Virus record (IMG/VR): IMGVR_UViG_3300031088_000775
DNA length: 64,000 bases
Direction: 5' to 3' (one strand)
Source: an uncultured virus (IMG/VR IMGVR_UViG_3300031088_000775)
Taxonomy: Duplodnaviria > Heunggongvirae > Uroviricota > Caudoviricetes
The position numbers and the translations under genes are program-made. This document shows positions 19,866 to 29,618 of the stretch, piece after piece (position 1 is the first letter of the stretch; every line of letters starts with the position of its first letter). The notes beneath the pieces were generated by a model, which saw nothing but the letters and a program-made list of their open reading frames with translations, did not search any database and had not been told where the DNA came from.

Positions 19866-21647
19866 TTAAACATATTCCTTAATGATTTTATCAAACAAGA
19901 AAGGGTTGCTTGATTTAGATCTAGCCCCATCAATACTACACTTACCTTCAAGTACAGCATTAGCTAGCATATGTTCCATAGTAATTTTATTTCTCATTTG
20001 ATAGTCTTTAATGCCTTTAGTGTTAGCTGTAGCAATCATTTCCGAAACTTCTGGATCAATGTCTAGAACTTCACGAACGGCAAAACGGCTCTTTCCGTCT
20101 ATAGTAGGGACAAGAACCTGGTTAGCGAAACCTCTAGAAATATCTCCAAGTGTTCTTAAGATACGCTTCTGGTCATCGCCAGCAAACAGTGAACTAATTC
20201 TATTGATAGTCTCAGCAGCTGAGTTAGTGTGCATTGTGGATATAACTAAGTGACCAGTCTCAGCAGCCCTCAATAATTGACTAACTTCAGTATTATTTCT
20301 AACCTCACCCACAACAATAATGTTAGGGGCTTCACGCATCATTAAGTCTAACGCGTCAGAGAAGCTTCTAGCATCTACACCAACTTCACGCTGAACAACT
20401 ATACCAAGCCCGTCATTACCGAAAACATACTCAATAGGCTTTTCTACAGTAATAATCTTTTCTCTACGAGTACGCTGAATTTCTTTCACAAGGGAGGCTA
20501 ACGTACTAGACTTACCAGTACCAGTAGGGCCATTCATCATTACTAACCCATTTGGGAGCTTCACCCAATCTAGAAGAGAACCAGTAATACCAAGCTCCGA
20601 GGGCTTAGGGATGTTATCTGAAATAACACGGAACTGTAAAGTAATCTGACTATGATTAGCTTTACCTAAGGCTAAACGAAGTCTGCGGCCCCTATGCTTC
20701 CCCTTCTTAACAACATAGGAAGCGTCAAGCATGAAGTCTCTAACAAAATCTGCTTCAAGCTGGTGGCTAATAATCAAACGATGAAGCGTCTCAGTAATAA
20801 TAGGCTCAATAACACCGAATTGCTCTATACGATAAATAGAACCATTAATAGTATATGCAACAGAATCTCCAGGTGTAATATGAATATCCGAAGCGCCCTT
20901 ATCAATAGCTAAACCTATTACTTCATCAATCTCAAAACCACGTAAGTCTTCATCAGGGTCTTCAACTGAAGAAAAACTAGAGTTCTCAAAAGAGTCTTTA
21001 TGATTCTGCTTTGCTTCTTCATCATCATATAAATCACCTAAAACTTCATTTAGGCTACCAGTAAGGCTGTTAAGAATATCTTCATCATTAGATAGAATAG
21101 GTATAGAACTTTCTTCAACTTCTAGAAAACTACTAGAATCACCATCATCATAACGAGATTCTCTATTACTAGTGCTATCTTTTTCTAGATCATCATCAGT
21201 ATAAGGACCACCATATAAATCAAAATCATCATTATACTCAGTGTTAGAGTTACTACTATTGACGCTATATGAATCAGTTGAGTCCGCGTCAACCAAATAA
21301 TCAGTTACTACATTATCATTAGGATCTTCATAAGCATTAGGAAAATTAGGTACAGCGTAACTCGGTTCAGGCTTATTGTCAAACTCAAAATCAGGTAATG
21401 AATCATCCTCAAGAAGATAGTCTTCATCATCTAAAGAACTCTCAAGACTTGAAAAATCATTCTCAGAACTTCTATTAGAGTCGATCAAGGGCTTACTATA
21501 GTCTTTTTCAGTACTTACATAATCATTCTTAAAACCACTTCTACCTTTAGAAACTCTACCGTGATCTTGTAAACGCTTATTTCTTAAGGCCTCTAAGGCC
21601 GCCTCTTCATCGTCAAAAGGAAAAGTATCATCATTTAAATTGTCCAT
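19866..21647 (-). CDS. pilT: PilT/PilU-family type IV pilus ATPase with long acidic N-terminus
   Basis: ASDIHI, GPTGTGKSSTL, TVEKPIEY, QREVG, REAPNIIVVGEVR, AAETGHLVISTMHTNSA. Confidence 0.85.
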   Translation of the reverse strand: MDNLNDDTFPFDDEEAALEALRNKRLQDHGRVSKGRSGFKNDYVSTEKDYSKPLIDSNRSSENDFSSLESSLDDEDYLLEDDSLPDFEFDNKPEPSYAVPNFPNAYEDPNDNVVTDYLVDADSTDSYSVNSSNSNTEYNDDFDLYGGPYTDDDLEKDSTSNRESRYDDGDSSSFLEVEESSIPILSNDEDILNSLTGSLNEVLGDLYDDEEAKQNHKDSFENSSFSSVEDPDEDLRGFEIDEVIGLAIDKGASDIHITPGDSVAYTINGSIYRIEQFGVIEPIITETLHRLIISHQLEADFVRDFMLDASYVVKKGKHRGRRLRLALGKANHSQITLQFRVISDNIPKPSELGITGSLLDWVKLPNGLVMMNGPTGTGKSSTLASLVKEIQRTRREKIITVEKPIEYVFGNDGLGIVVQREVGVDARSFSDALDLMMREAPNIIVVGEVRNNTEVSQLLRAAETGHLVISTMHTNSAAETINRISSLFAGDDQKRILRTLGDISRGFANQVLVPTIDGKSRFAVREVLDIDPEVSEMIATANTKGIKDYQMRNKITMEHMLANAVLEGKCSIDGARSKSSNPFLFDKIIKEYV

Positions 21648-24520
21648 AGATCTCTCTCCTTAAAGACACCATTTTCAGTAATAATAGGGACTATATCAAT
21701 CCCACCTTCTTGATGCAGACCAATATCTCGAGCTACCTGAATAAGCTTACGGGCTGGGCCAGTGTTCTTGCAAACCCAAACAACTTTCTTATATAGTCTT
21801 TTATCAGCCTTATATGCTCTCAAAGTGCGCTCATAAGAATCCAAAGCTTTATTGCTAATCTCAATCTCAACAGCAATAGAGTTAGGTGAGCCATCCGGAT
21901 TCCTAGGTCGCTTAATAACTAAATCGGGAACGTGATAAGCAACTCGCAAAGCCATAGGAGGATACAAAGCCCACATATACTCATTACCATACTGCATCTC
22001 AGGGCTATCACCAAATTCTGGACCGCCTGCTGCTTCCCACTGCTTGAATTCTTTATCAATACGACCAAGCAATTGAGGGCGATAAACATCCGAACGATCA
22101 AACATACGCATCTTACCAAAAGACGATTGAATCTCTAACTCAGACACTAAACTCTCTCCATAAATTCTTTTACCCTTATCATCAACCCTATTCAATGCTG
22201 GAAAACCATCTTGATTCAAAACATTAATATTAGCACCCCACAAATTTGCTGCAGTATTATTAACAGTGAACTGATGCGGGAACATGCTAAAAGTTAATTT
22301 AGACTCTGTAATACGAGGTAAATCATAACCACTCAAAATCATTCCAGCAGACGTTAAAAACCATATAGGGCGATTACCATAAATCTTCTTATCAATAACC
22401 AAGCCCTGCTGACGCAACTTCTTCAGCCTATTATAAGTAGTTCCAATAGCTTCAGAAAACATTCTAGACAATTGAGCGTCAGTAGCATAACGGAACAAAG
22501 CTAAAAATTGAAGCAACTCTCGATCTTTCTGACTAAAACGCAAACGATTATTACGCTTAAAAGCGTCCTTACCCTCTAAGGCTCGAACAATCTTATCAGC
22601 ACGAACCTTACGCTCAGACTCCGACTCATTCCAACCCAACGGACTACGCACACCCTCAAGCAAATCAGGATTAGCCTTAACTTCAGCCTTAGATTTAGCT
22701 AAATTCTTGAAAAACTCTAACTCAGCAACATTCATCTTCCCGTCTTTAGAAAGATAACGATACCTCTCTCTATCTTTAGACTCAACACTAACTGAATCGC
22801 CAGCACTTGCAACTACCTTAGAAACAACTTCCCCATGTTCATCAACAAGCACTTCACGCACATTAGATTTACGGAAACCAGTATCCAACGAATCAATAGG
22901 TACAGGTTTACTACGAGTATCAACAGGCTTACTAACAGGAGAATCAGCAGCAATACGACTCAACTCTTCACGAGCTACAGCACGATCACGCTTCATCTTA
23001 CCGCGAATCTTACTCTTCAACTCACGCTGCCCAGTCTTAACTTCAGCATTTTCACCAGTAGGAACAATATCCTCTCCAGCGTTAGAAACAACACGACTCA
23101 ACAACTCGCTCGAAGACTCACTAATACTAGAATCATTCTTAAACTTACTAAAAGCCTCTAACTCTTCATCGTCCCCACCAAACAACTCATCAAGCATACC
23201 ATCAAACGACTCATCATCACCAACATTATCAGCGGAATCGAAACCCTCAAAAGTTGAATTATCTTCCTCAAAGGAGCCAGGAATAAAACGTTTAGGTTCA
23301 GGCTTAATATTATCTACAGATGAATACTCAACAGAAGAATCATAATCAACATCATCTAAACTATACTTAGAAGAGCTACTCAATTCCGTCTCATCGTAAA
23401 ACTGAACCGTCTCATCAACAAGATTATCATCAAAACTTTCAGAAAAATCATCATCGAACTCTAATGAATCACCATCAATAAAACCATCTTCAACATCAGA
23501 GTAGTCTGAATCAAAACCTAGATCAGAGCCCTCAAGTGCACTTCTAGAATCTTTTTCTTCATCCTTAGCAAAGCCCGTGAACAACTCTCCATCAAGTGAA
23601 TCACCATCAGTTAAATCACTCTCAACAGACTTACCATCACCACTAAAAGAGCTACTCAAGCTTTCAAAATTATCACTCAAACTACTATTTGAAGTGTGCT
23701 CACCCTTATTACGATCACGATTAAAACTTAACTTAAATGGTTTATCAGATGTAGAACTGCTTTCTAAATCGTTACCATAAATACTATCTAAAGTATTACC
23801 GACTGAATCACCACTGCTAAAACCATCAGTCTCACTACTTCTCGAACTAATTCTAGAATCACTTACAGACTCTTTAAAAGCCTTACGGACATTAGGATTA
23901 AACTTAAACACAGGCTTAACTTCATCGCTACCAGTAGAATCATCACTTAAAGAGACATTACTAGAATCTTTAGAGCCCCCCACATGTGTGCTTTCACCAT
24001 TATTTTCATCGTTAGTAGAAAGAGAAACACCACTTAAAGAATCATTAATGAATGTTGAAAATGAATCATTAGTAGTACTAGAAACACTATCACTATCATT
24101 TAATACTTCACTAACAGTATTATTAGCATGAGTAGAATCATTCGAATCATTAGACTTACTAGCATTATCAACATATGTATTATTACTTAATAAAGTACTA
24201 GAATTATCAGGTGTGCTACTACCGTTAGACTCAGGTGTGCTTAAAGTACTTTTATCAACACTAGTTGACTCTGTATCTACATCATTAGTAGATGGTATAT
24301 TTAAAGGTTTACGAATCCTTTGAGAATTAGGTCTACTTGCATGGTTCGAGCCACTTTCAGACTCTTTATTATTTGAGGGTATATTTAGAGGTCTCATTCT
24401 TACAGGCTTTCGATCATTAGAATCACTGCCTCTATTAGATTCATTTTCAGAATTTTTGAAAGCATTTAGATTAATAGGCTTACGCCGAAGAGAATTAGAT
24501 TCATTGTTATTTACTGACAT
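21635..24520 (-). CDS. Replication-relaxation (Replic_Relax-like) protein with ~600-aa Ser/Asp-rich disordered N-terminus
   Basis: C-terminal wHTH (KDRELLQFLALFRYATDAQL...RLKKLRQQGLV...WFLTSAG), PHQ, VPDLVI, AVEIEISNK, i.e. a PD-(D/E)XK-type core. Confidence 0.7.
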   Translation of the reverse strand: MSVNNNESNSLRRKPINLNAFKNSENESNRGSDSNDRKPVRMRPLNIPSNNKESESGSNHASRPNSQRIRKPLNIPSTNDVDTESTSVDKSTLSTPESNGSSTPDNSSTLLSNNTYVDNASKSNDSNDSTHANNTVSEVLNDSDSVSSTTNDSFSTFINDSLSGVSLSTNDENNGESTHVGGSKDSSNVSLSDDSTGSDEVKPVFKFNPNVRKAFKESVSDSRISSRSSETDGFSSGDSVGNTLDSIYGNDLESSSTSDKPFKLSFNRDRNKGEHTSNSSLSDNFESLSSSFSGDGKSVESDLTDGDSLDGELFTGFAKDEEKDSRSALEGSDLGFDSDYSDVEDGFIDGDSLEFDDDFSESFDDNLVDETVQFYDETELSSSSKYSLDDVDYDSSVEYSSVDNIKPEPKRFIPGSFEEDNSTFEGFDSADNVGDDESFDGMLDELFGGDDEELEAFSKFKNDSSISESSSELLSRVVSNAGEDIVPTGENAEVKTGQRELKSKIRGKMKRDRAVAREELSRIAADSPVSKPVDTRSKPVPIDSLDTGFRKSNVREVLVDEHGEVVSKVVASAGDSVSVESKDRERYRYLSKDGKMNVAELEFFKNLAKSKAEVKANPDLLEGVRSPLGWNESESERKVRADKIVRALEGKDAFKRNNRLRFSQKDRELLQFLALFRYATDAQLSRMFSEAIGTTYNRLKKLRQQGLVIDKKIYGNRPIWFLTSAGMILSGYDLPRITESKLTFSMFPHQFTVNNTAANLWGANINVLNQDGFPALNRVDDKGKRIYGESLVSELEIQSSFGKMRMFDRSDVYRPQLLGRIDKEFKQWEAAGGPEFGDSPEMQYGNEYMWALYPPMALRVAYHVPDLVIKRPRNPDGSPNSIAVEIEISNKALDSYERTLRAYKADKRLYKKVVWVCKNTGPARKLIQVARDIGLHQEGGIDIVPIITENGVFKERDLWTI

Positions 24521-24851
24521 TCGATTGACCCTTAGAGATTTTTTAAAGTTTGAAACCTTTAATATTCAATATCAAAATTAACTAGAATTGGGTCGGATAC
24601 TACTAAGTACTGTTTTAGATGCAGTTATTATACATATATAAAAACTAAAGTCAACTTTGACAGCGACTTACTAACGACCTGAGCGCTAAAATCGCAAATC
24701 ACCAAAGATGATTTGAAGACAGTAGAAACCTGTTAAGTAACTATAGGTACTTTAATACGTGCAATACACTATATGTATTTAGGTAAATGTACTAAAACCA
24801 TTAAATGTGCTTTAACTATTAAACGTATAGATTCATAGCGGGGCTTGCGTT

Positions 24852-25039
24852 AGAGTGGTGGCCTGCCGGTAGGGTGAGCCTTGGAGCCTGGCGGCTCCTG
24901 CGTCTCACTGCGCTTCGGAGCTGGCGCTCCTTCGCTTCTTTACTTCACTGCTGGCGCAGTTCGTAAAGCCTACCTGCAGTCAAGTCAGCGAGGCTGCCTG
25001 TAAGAGAGTCAGTGCCTGCCTCACTTACCCCACCACTCT
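24852..25039. other. Multi-branched GC-rich hairpin element
   Basis: AGAGTGGTGG/CCACCACTCT closing stem enclosing three hairpins with identical TGGC loops (24883-24898, 24917-24930, 24947-24960). Confidence 0.7.
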
Positions 25040-25081
25040 GTAGGGTGCTTTCGGACACTTGAACTCACTTGAAACCAGTGA

Positions 25082-25471
25082 GTGTGCGGTTAAACTTTAA
25101 CCTCGCTACGTAAGTCTGACTTCGTGAATCCTTACTGAAGTGCTTCAAGAAACCCTCCTACTTAAGAAACTATCTCGCCTGACATTACGTGTGTGCGGTA
25201 CACTCCATGAAAGCTAAAGCGTGTGCGGTGCACTGCTTCAAGTTACTATCTAAAGTTGACTTAAGGAAACCTGCTCGGTACCCTCACTGAAAGAGAGGTG
25301 TGTGCGGTACACTGTGACTCGAGAGGCCACTCTCCCCGCCAGGGCTCAAGGGGCCACCCTGACTTGACACTTACTCGCCCACCTGTAAGGTACGCGTGTG
25401 CGGTGACCTACTCGACTTCACTTACGTGAACCCCGTGTAAACCATCTCGCCTGACACTACGTGTGTGCGGT
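25082..25471 (+). repeat. Iteron-like direct repeats GTGTGCGGT (6 copies)
   Basis: Copies at 25082, 25191, 25221, 25300, 25396, 25463; two extend to ATCTCGCCTGACAyTACGTGTGTGCGGTrCACT. Confidence 0.8.
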
Positions 25472-25499
25472 GCACTGCTTGATTGAAGTCTAACTCAAA

Positions 25500-26400
25500 G
25501 GTGAGTGACCCGACGGTACTAAACTCACGAAGCGCGAAACAGCTGACTGTACCGAACCAACTCTAAAGTGGTGCAGAGGAGCGTAAGCTGTAACTCGCTA
25601 GGTGAAACAGAACGAGAAGCTCGGAGTGTGAAACCGAACCGTAAGGGGCGGGTGCAACACGACTGAAAGCTGAAGCGGACTGGAGAACCGCGAACCAGCT
25701 GAAGCGTGAACGAAACCACAAAAGAGTGTGAAGGTACACAGCGAAGCGCTGGAGTGACACACCCAAGAAACCAAGGGTGATAAACCCGCGAGACTACAAA
25801 CCAAAGGAAAAGCTTGAAACGCAAAGCTAACTGAAGGCTGCGATGCATCCCCCTCAGGGGGTGCAAGCAAGCCGAAGGCACTAAACCGCCACCACAACCG
25901 AACCGCCCCAGCGGTGAGAAGCGCGATCCGCCAGGATCCGCTTAACCCGAGCGCCAGCGAGGGCCGCCACGCAACCACAAACAAAACCGCAACCCCCCCT
26001 TACAAATACTCGGGTACCGAGTGAGTGAGACGTGTGCGTCGAACTGTAAAGAGAGTCACTTGTGTTGTGAGTCTAATGTAGCGTACTAATAAATGAAGTG
26101 AGTCGTGTTTAGCGTATTGATCAAGTAAGCGGTGTGAGTCGTGTATAGCGTGAGTGTTGAAGAAGAGTAATTTGAGTGGTGAATTTGAGAAGCTTAGTGA
26201 AGACTGTGTGAATGGTATTTGAATCGTGTCTGGCGTGATTGGTTGAGAAAGCGACTGTTTGATGAGATCTGATGATTACGAAGACTGTGTCTAGGATGAT
26301 TGCGTGTGACTGTGTAAATGGGAAAGGAGAGAAAAGAGATGAGAGTAACGGAGACGGGGAGTGGAGAGGTAGAGAAGCTGAGGGTGCTGGAGTGGTCTGG
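25500..26400. other. Putative replication origin region (strand-skew switch)
   Basis: Plus strand is A/C-rich up to ~26007 and G/T-rich after the ACTCGG-GTA-CCGAGT palindrome (26008-26022); GTGAGTCGTGTnTAGCGT-like repeats at ~26067-26240. Confidence 0.55.
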
Positions 26401-26442
26401 TTGTGGAGTGGAGAATTGTTACGCTGAGCGCTAGGCTGCGGC

Positions 26443-27360
26443 GGGGAATGCTGGGGGTGTTTTTCTTTTTTTTGTTTTTGTTTTTTGTTTGTTGTGCTGA
26501 GTCTCTGCGGTTTGAGATTGTTTTAAGTGTGGTGAGTATTTTGAGTGTGGGGAATGCGGTGGAGTGTTTTTCTTTTTTTGCGTGTAATATTTTGTGTTTT
26601 ATTTTTTTTGGAAAATTTTTGTATTTTTGTGCTGGTGGGGTTGACAGGGATTCTAGTTCTTACAGTTTGGGGTATTGCGTTTTGCGTTTGGTCGCTGTCA
26701 ATAGGTTGGCGCGGTGTTTTTGAAGTATTTTTAAATCTTCTTGTACTCTAGTGTTTTACTTCTATCCTATGAGTGCTACACATTGTAGTATCTCTATTGG
26801 TTACATGAAATAAATTCAATTGCGAGGGGTGAGGCTGTTTCTAGAGCGGTTAAAGGTTTTTCGAGAAGTTTTAAAGAGCTTACTTTAGTGGCGAAGGTAG
26901 TGCTTTAGACTATCCTTCGCCACGTTGAGTGTTTTTATTTTAGAGTAGCTCTTCGTCAATTAGCCGCTTGTATTCAGTGTCTGAATTTTGCACTGGTACG
27001 CTGATGAGGTTTTCATTCCATCCTACTTGGATATCCCAAATTTGGAAAGTAGCTACACTGTTGTCCTCTAGAACTAATTCAGCCTCTAGTACTCCTTTTT
27101 CGAAGACGATTGTCTTTCGGCCGTTATCTTTGTTGATGTAGGAGTTAGTTGTTGGGGTATTCTTTGAATTTTCCATAATTAAATCTTAACATAACTTCTT
27201 CTAGAAGTAAAACATTTATTCATAGGCTCTGGTTTCTTTGGGGATGAGCTTTAGTAAGCTGTATTTTGGGTTGTGGGTAAATTTGAATTGTTACTCTGAG
27301 CGATGTGTGCGAACAGTGTTCTTCGGGGGTGGGGAATGCGGAGAGTGTTTTTCTTTTTTG
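26443..27360 (+). repeat. Three copies of GGGGAATGCnGnnGnGTGTTTTTCTTTTTT(T)G
   Basis: Copies at 26443-26474, 26549-26580, 27331-27360. Confidence 0.7.
26940..27176 (-). CDS. Hypothetical protein
   Basis: 78 aa; leaderless ATG 6 nt after TGTTAAGAT. Confidence 0.6.
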   Translation of the reverse strand: MENSKNTPTTNSYINKDNGRKTIVFEKGVLEAELVLEDNSVATFQIWDIQVGWNENLISVPVQNSDTEYKRLIDEELL

Positions 27361-27526
27361 TTTTAATCCTATGTATTGCTTTCTTTAATTGTTTATGTTT
27401 TGAGTGCAGTGTTATTTGTTGAGTGTTTTTGTTTGCGTTATAGAGTTTTTGTTTTTTGAATTATGATTGTTGTTTGTTATAGTTGTGTTGAATGGTAAGA
27501 CTAAGTGGGGTGTGAGGGGTTTTAAA

Positions 27527-27697
27527 GTGGACGTGGATTTAAAAGCAATGCTGGATGAGCATTTGGGTAATTATGAAAAATATTCTAAAAGGTCTATGAA
27601 TTCTGACTCGCCAACTTGGGCTGCAGTTTACGCTGATTTGGCTTCTTCGGAGGCGCGGATTGTTGCAGCATTGATTAGCAAGATTCCGAGTGTTTGA
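27527..27697 (+). CDS. Small hypothetical protein
   Basis: GTG start after GAGGGG; downstream of promoter motif. Confidence 0.55.
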   Translation: MDVDLKAMLDEHLGNYEKYSKRSMNSDSPTWAAVYADLASSEARIVAALISKIPSV

Positions 27698-27793
27698 GGC
27701 TTTCTAGAATTTTAGAATTGTGGTTTTAGATAGATTTCAATAATAAGTAGGCTTCACTAATTAAATGAGAAACAATTTTAGGATAAGTAAAAG

Positions 27794-28213
27794 ATGAGGA
27801 TTGGTCGTTGTAAGAGGTTTGCTGCTGTTGCTCTTGTGGTTGCATCAGTTAGTCTAATGACTGGGTGCGCTGTTGACTCTAGTGAGCGGGCTGCCTGCGA
27901 GTCGAGTGGCGGTGTTGTCAAGAGCGAGCGTTTCCCTTATAAAGATTTTGATAGTGCTTTTGGGAAGACTTCTACTGGTAGTCTTAGTTATTGCGAGTCG
28001 AGTGATGGTTTGATGACTGCTGTTTACAATGAGAAAGTTGTTGAGCTTGAGGATGGTTTGTTTAGTCCTAATAAGAGTAATCGTGAAGTCTTTGAGAAGT
28101 GCTCTGAATTGGGTGGGGACACTTATAAGACTCGAAAGTCAAGTGGTAAGAATAATCGCGTAACTCGTTTTGCCTGTGTGGTTGATGGAGCTTATGTAGT
28201 AATCCTTAAGTGA
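27794..28213 (+). CDS. Lipoprotein with two Cys-containing repeats
   Basis: Lipobox MTGC; CESSGG and CSELGG repeats. Confidence 0.7.
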   Translation: MRIGRCKRFAAVALVVASVSLMTGCAVDSSERAACESSGGVVKSERFPYKDFDSAFGKTSTGSLSYCESSDGLMTAVYNEKVVELEDGLFSPNKSNREVFEKCSELGGDTYKTRKSSGKNNRVTRFACVVDGAYVVILK

Positions 28214-28354
28214 TTCTTTTATAAGATTTTAATGAAAAGAATAGAAATGGAATTTGATTGTTGAATGTCTTATAATAAGTTTTATTCTTTGTTTTTGATA
28301 AAGTTTAATTGAGTTATTTTTTAAGATTTTTAATTGTTAGGAATGGTTTGAGTA

Positions 28355-28501
28355 ATGAGTGAAGATTGTAAGAATGGTAAGTGTTTTGATTCTGATGAGT
28401 GTGCGAGTCTTTTAGAGTGTGAAGCTAGTGAGAGTAGCACTCCTGTGAGTCGTTTTTCTGATGGTGGAACTTTTTCTCCTAGAGTTATTCGTAAAGGTTA
28501 A
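28355..28501 (+). CDS. Small Cys/acidic protein (48 aa, not in ORF track)
   Basis: MSEDCKNGKCFDSDECASLLECEASE... Confidence 0.4.
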   Translation: MSEDCKNGKCFDSDECASLLECEASESSTPVSRFSDGGTFSPRVIRKG

Positions 28502-29278
28502 TTGTAGAAAGCTTATTAAAACTCGTCTTTAAGTGGGCTGGAAATAGTCACTGTTGATTGAGAAATTACGAAGAATGAAGAATAGTGACTTCTTCAGTTT
28601 GCTTAGTCACTGTTCATTAGTTTACTTAGTTACTGTAAAATAAAAGTCTTTGAAATTAAATGTTTAATTCTTAATTGAATCTTATTTTTAAAAGTCTTTA
28701 TTCTTCTTCTATTATAGTTTAGATTTTCTTTTAAGTGTTTTTAATTCTGAGAGTGCTTTAAAGTTTAAGTAGTTGTTTTAGACTTTGCTTTAATTGTTTT
28801 ATGGAAGATTCTTTTTTGTAGAGAAAGTCTGAGAAAAGCGTCTGGGTCTTCAGCCCAGATGTAGTTCACTTTTATGGTAGCGTTATTGAAAGACTCTCGA
28901 TTTTGTGAGTAATTCTTATAGACTTATAGAGGCAACTGTTTTAAGAGTCTTGTTGATCGTTTTTGAATCGAGGTGTCTCTTTTTTGAATTTTTATAAAAG
29001 ATGTTTCGCTTTCGGGTTGTGTTTTGATCTTTAAGTCAATGAATGATTATTTGGCTGCGCGAGTTTAAAGATTCTCTCATAGTAGTTTGATCAATAAGTC
29101 ATTGTTTGGTTATTTTATTGATTAGAATTTTAAGAGTTTTTGCAGAGGTTGATGTAGCGGCTTTTAAGAAGTCTTTTGTCTTGGATTCTAGGGAATGGCG
29201 GGTTTTGCTATATTTTGGTAAGGTTTCATTTCAAGTTAATATTTGATAAGACTTTTAATGCGGGGAGAGGGTTTATAA

Positions 29279-29440
29279 ATGTGCGAAGACTGTAAGTGTG
29301 GTGGGCTTGAAGAATGCGAGAACAGTTTAGATTGTGAACTTGAAGAATTGTTGCTTGTTGAAAAAACACGAAAGAGACTTCTGAGTGATTCGAGGATTCC
29401 TTTTAGAAGCCTTTTAGAAGATCTGGAGTTAGATAAGTAG
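29279..29440 (+). CDS. Small Cys/acidic protein (53 aa, not in ORF track)
   Basis: MCEDCKCGGLEECENSLDCELEELL...; GAGAGGG RBS. Confidence 0.5.
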   Translation: MCEDCKCGGLEECENSLDCELEELLLVEKTRKRLLSDSRIPFRSLLEDLELDK

Positions 29441-29618
29441 TTATTATTCTAGTTCTTTAAAGCTAGCGAAGCTTAAGTCTTCCCTTGCTTTAGATTATTC
29501 ACTTCTTAGGTTTTCTTCTGATTTTATTGAAGTTGATTTTAGACTACAATTTTAATCGTTGTATAAGTTCTTCTTTAAGGGTCTTACTACAAAAATAGTA
29601 AGACCCTTATTTTAATAG

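Noticed and set aside
63..23780. Short antisense and alternate-frame ORFs inside core genes
   Set aside because: Shadow ORFs of well-supported genes
25082..25471. CRISPR array
   Set aside because: Repeats are only 9 bp with irregular spacing and partly duplicated intervening sequence; no cas operon
25525..26751. ORF-track ORFs at 25525-25984 (-) and 26403-26751 (+)
   Set aside because: Overlapping, low-complexity products of extreme strand skew in a repeat-rich non-coding region; no RBS
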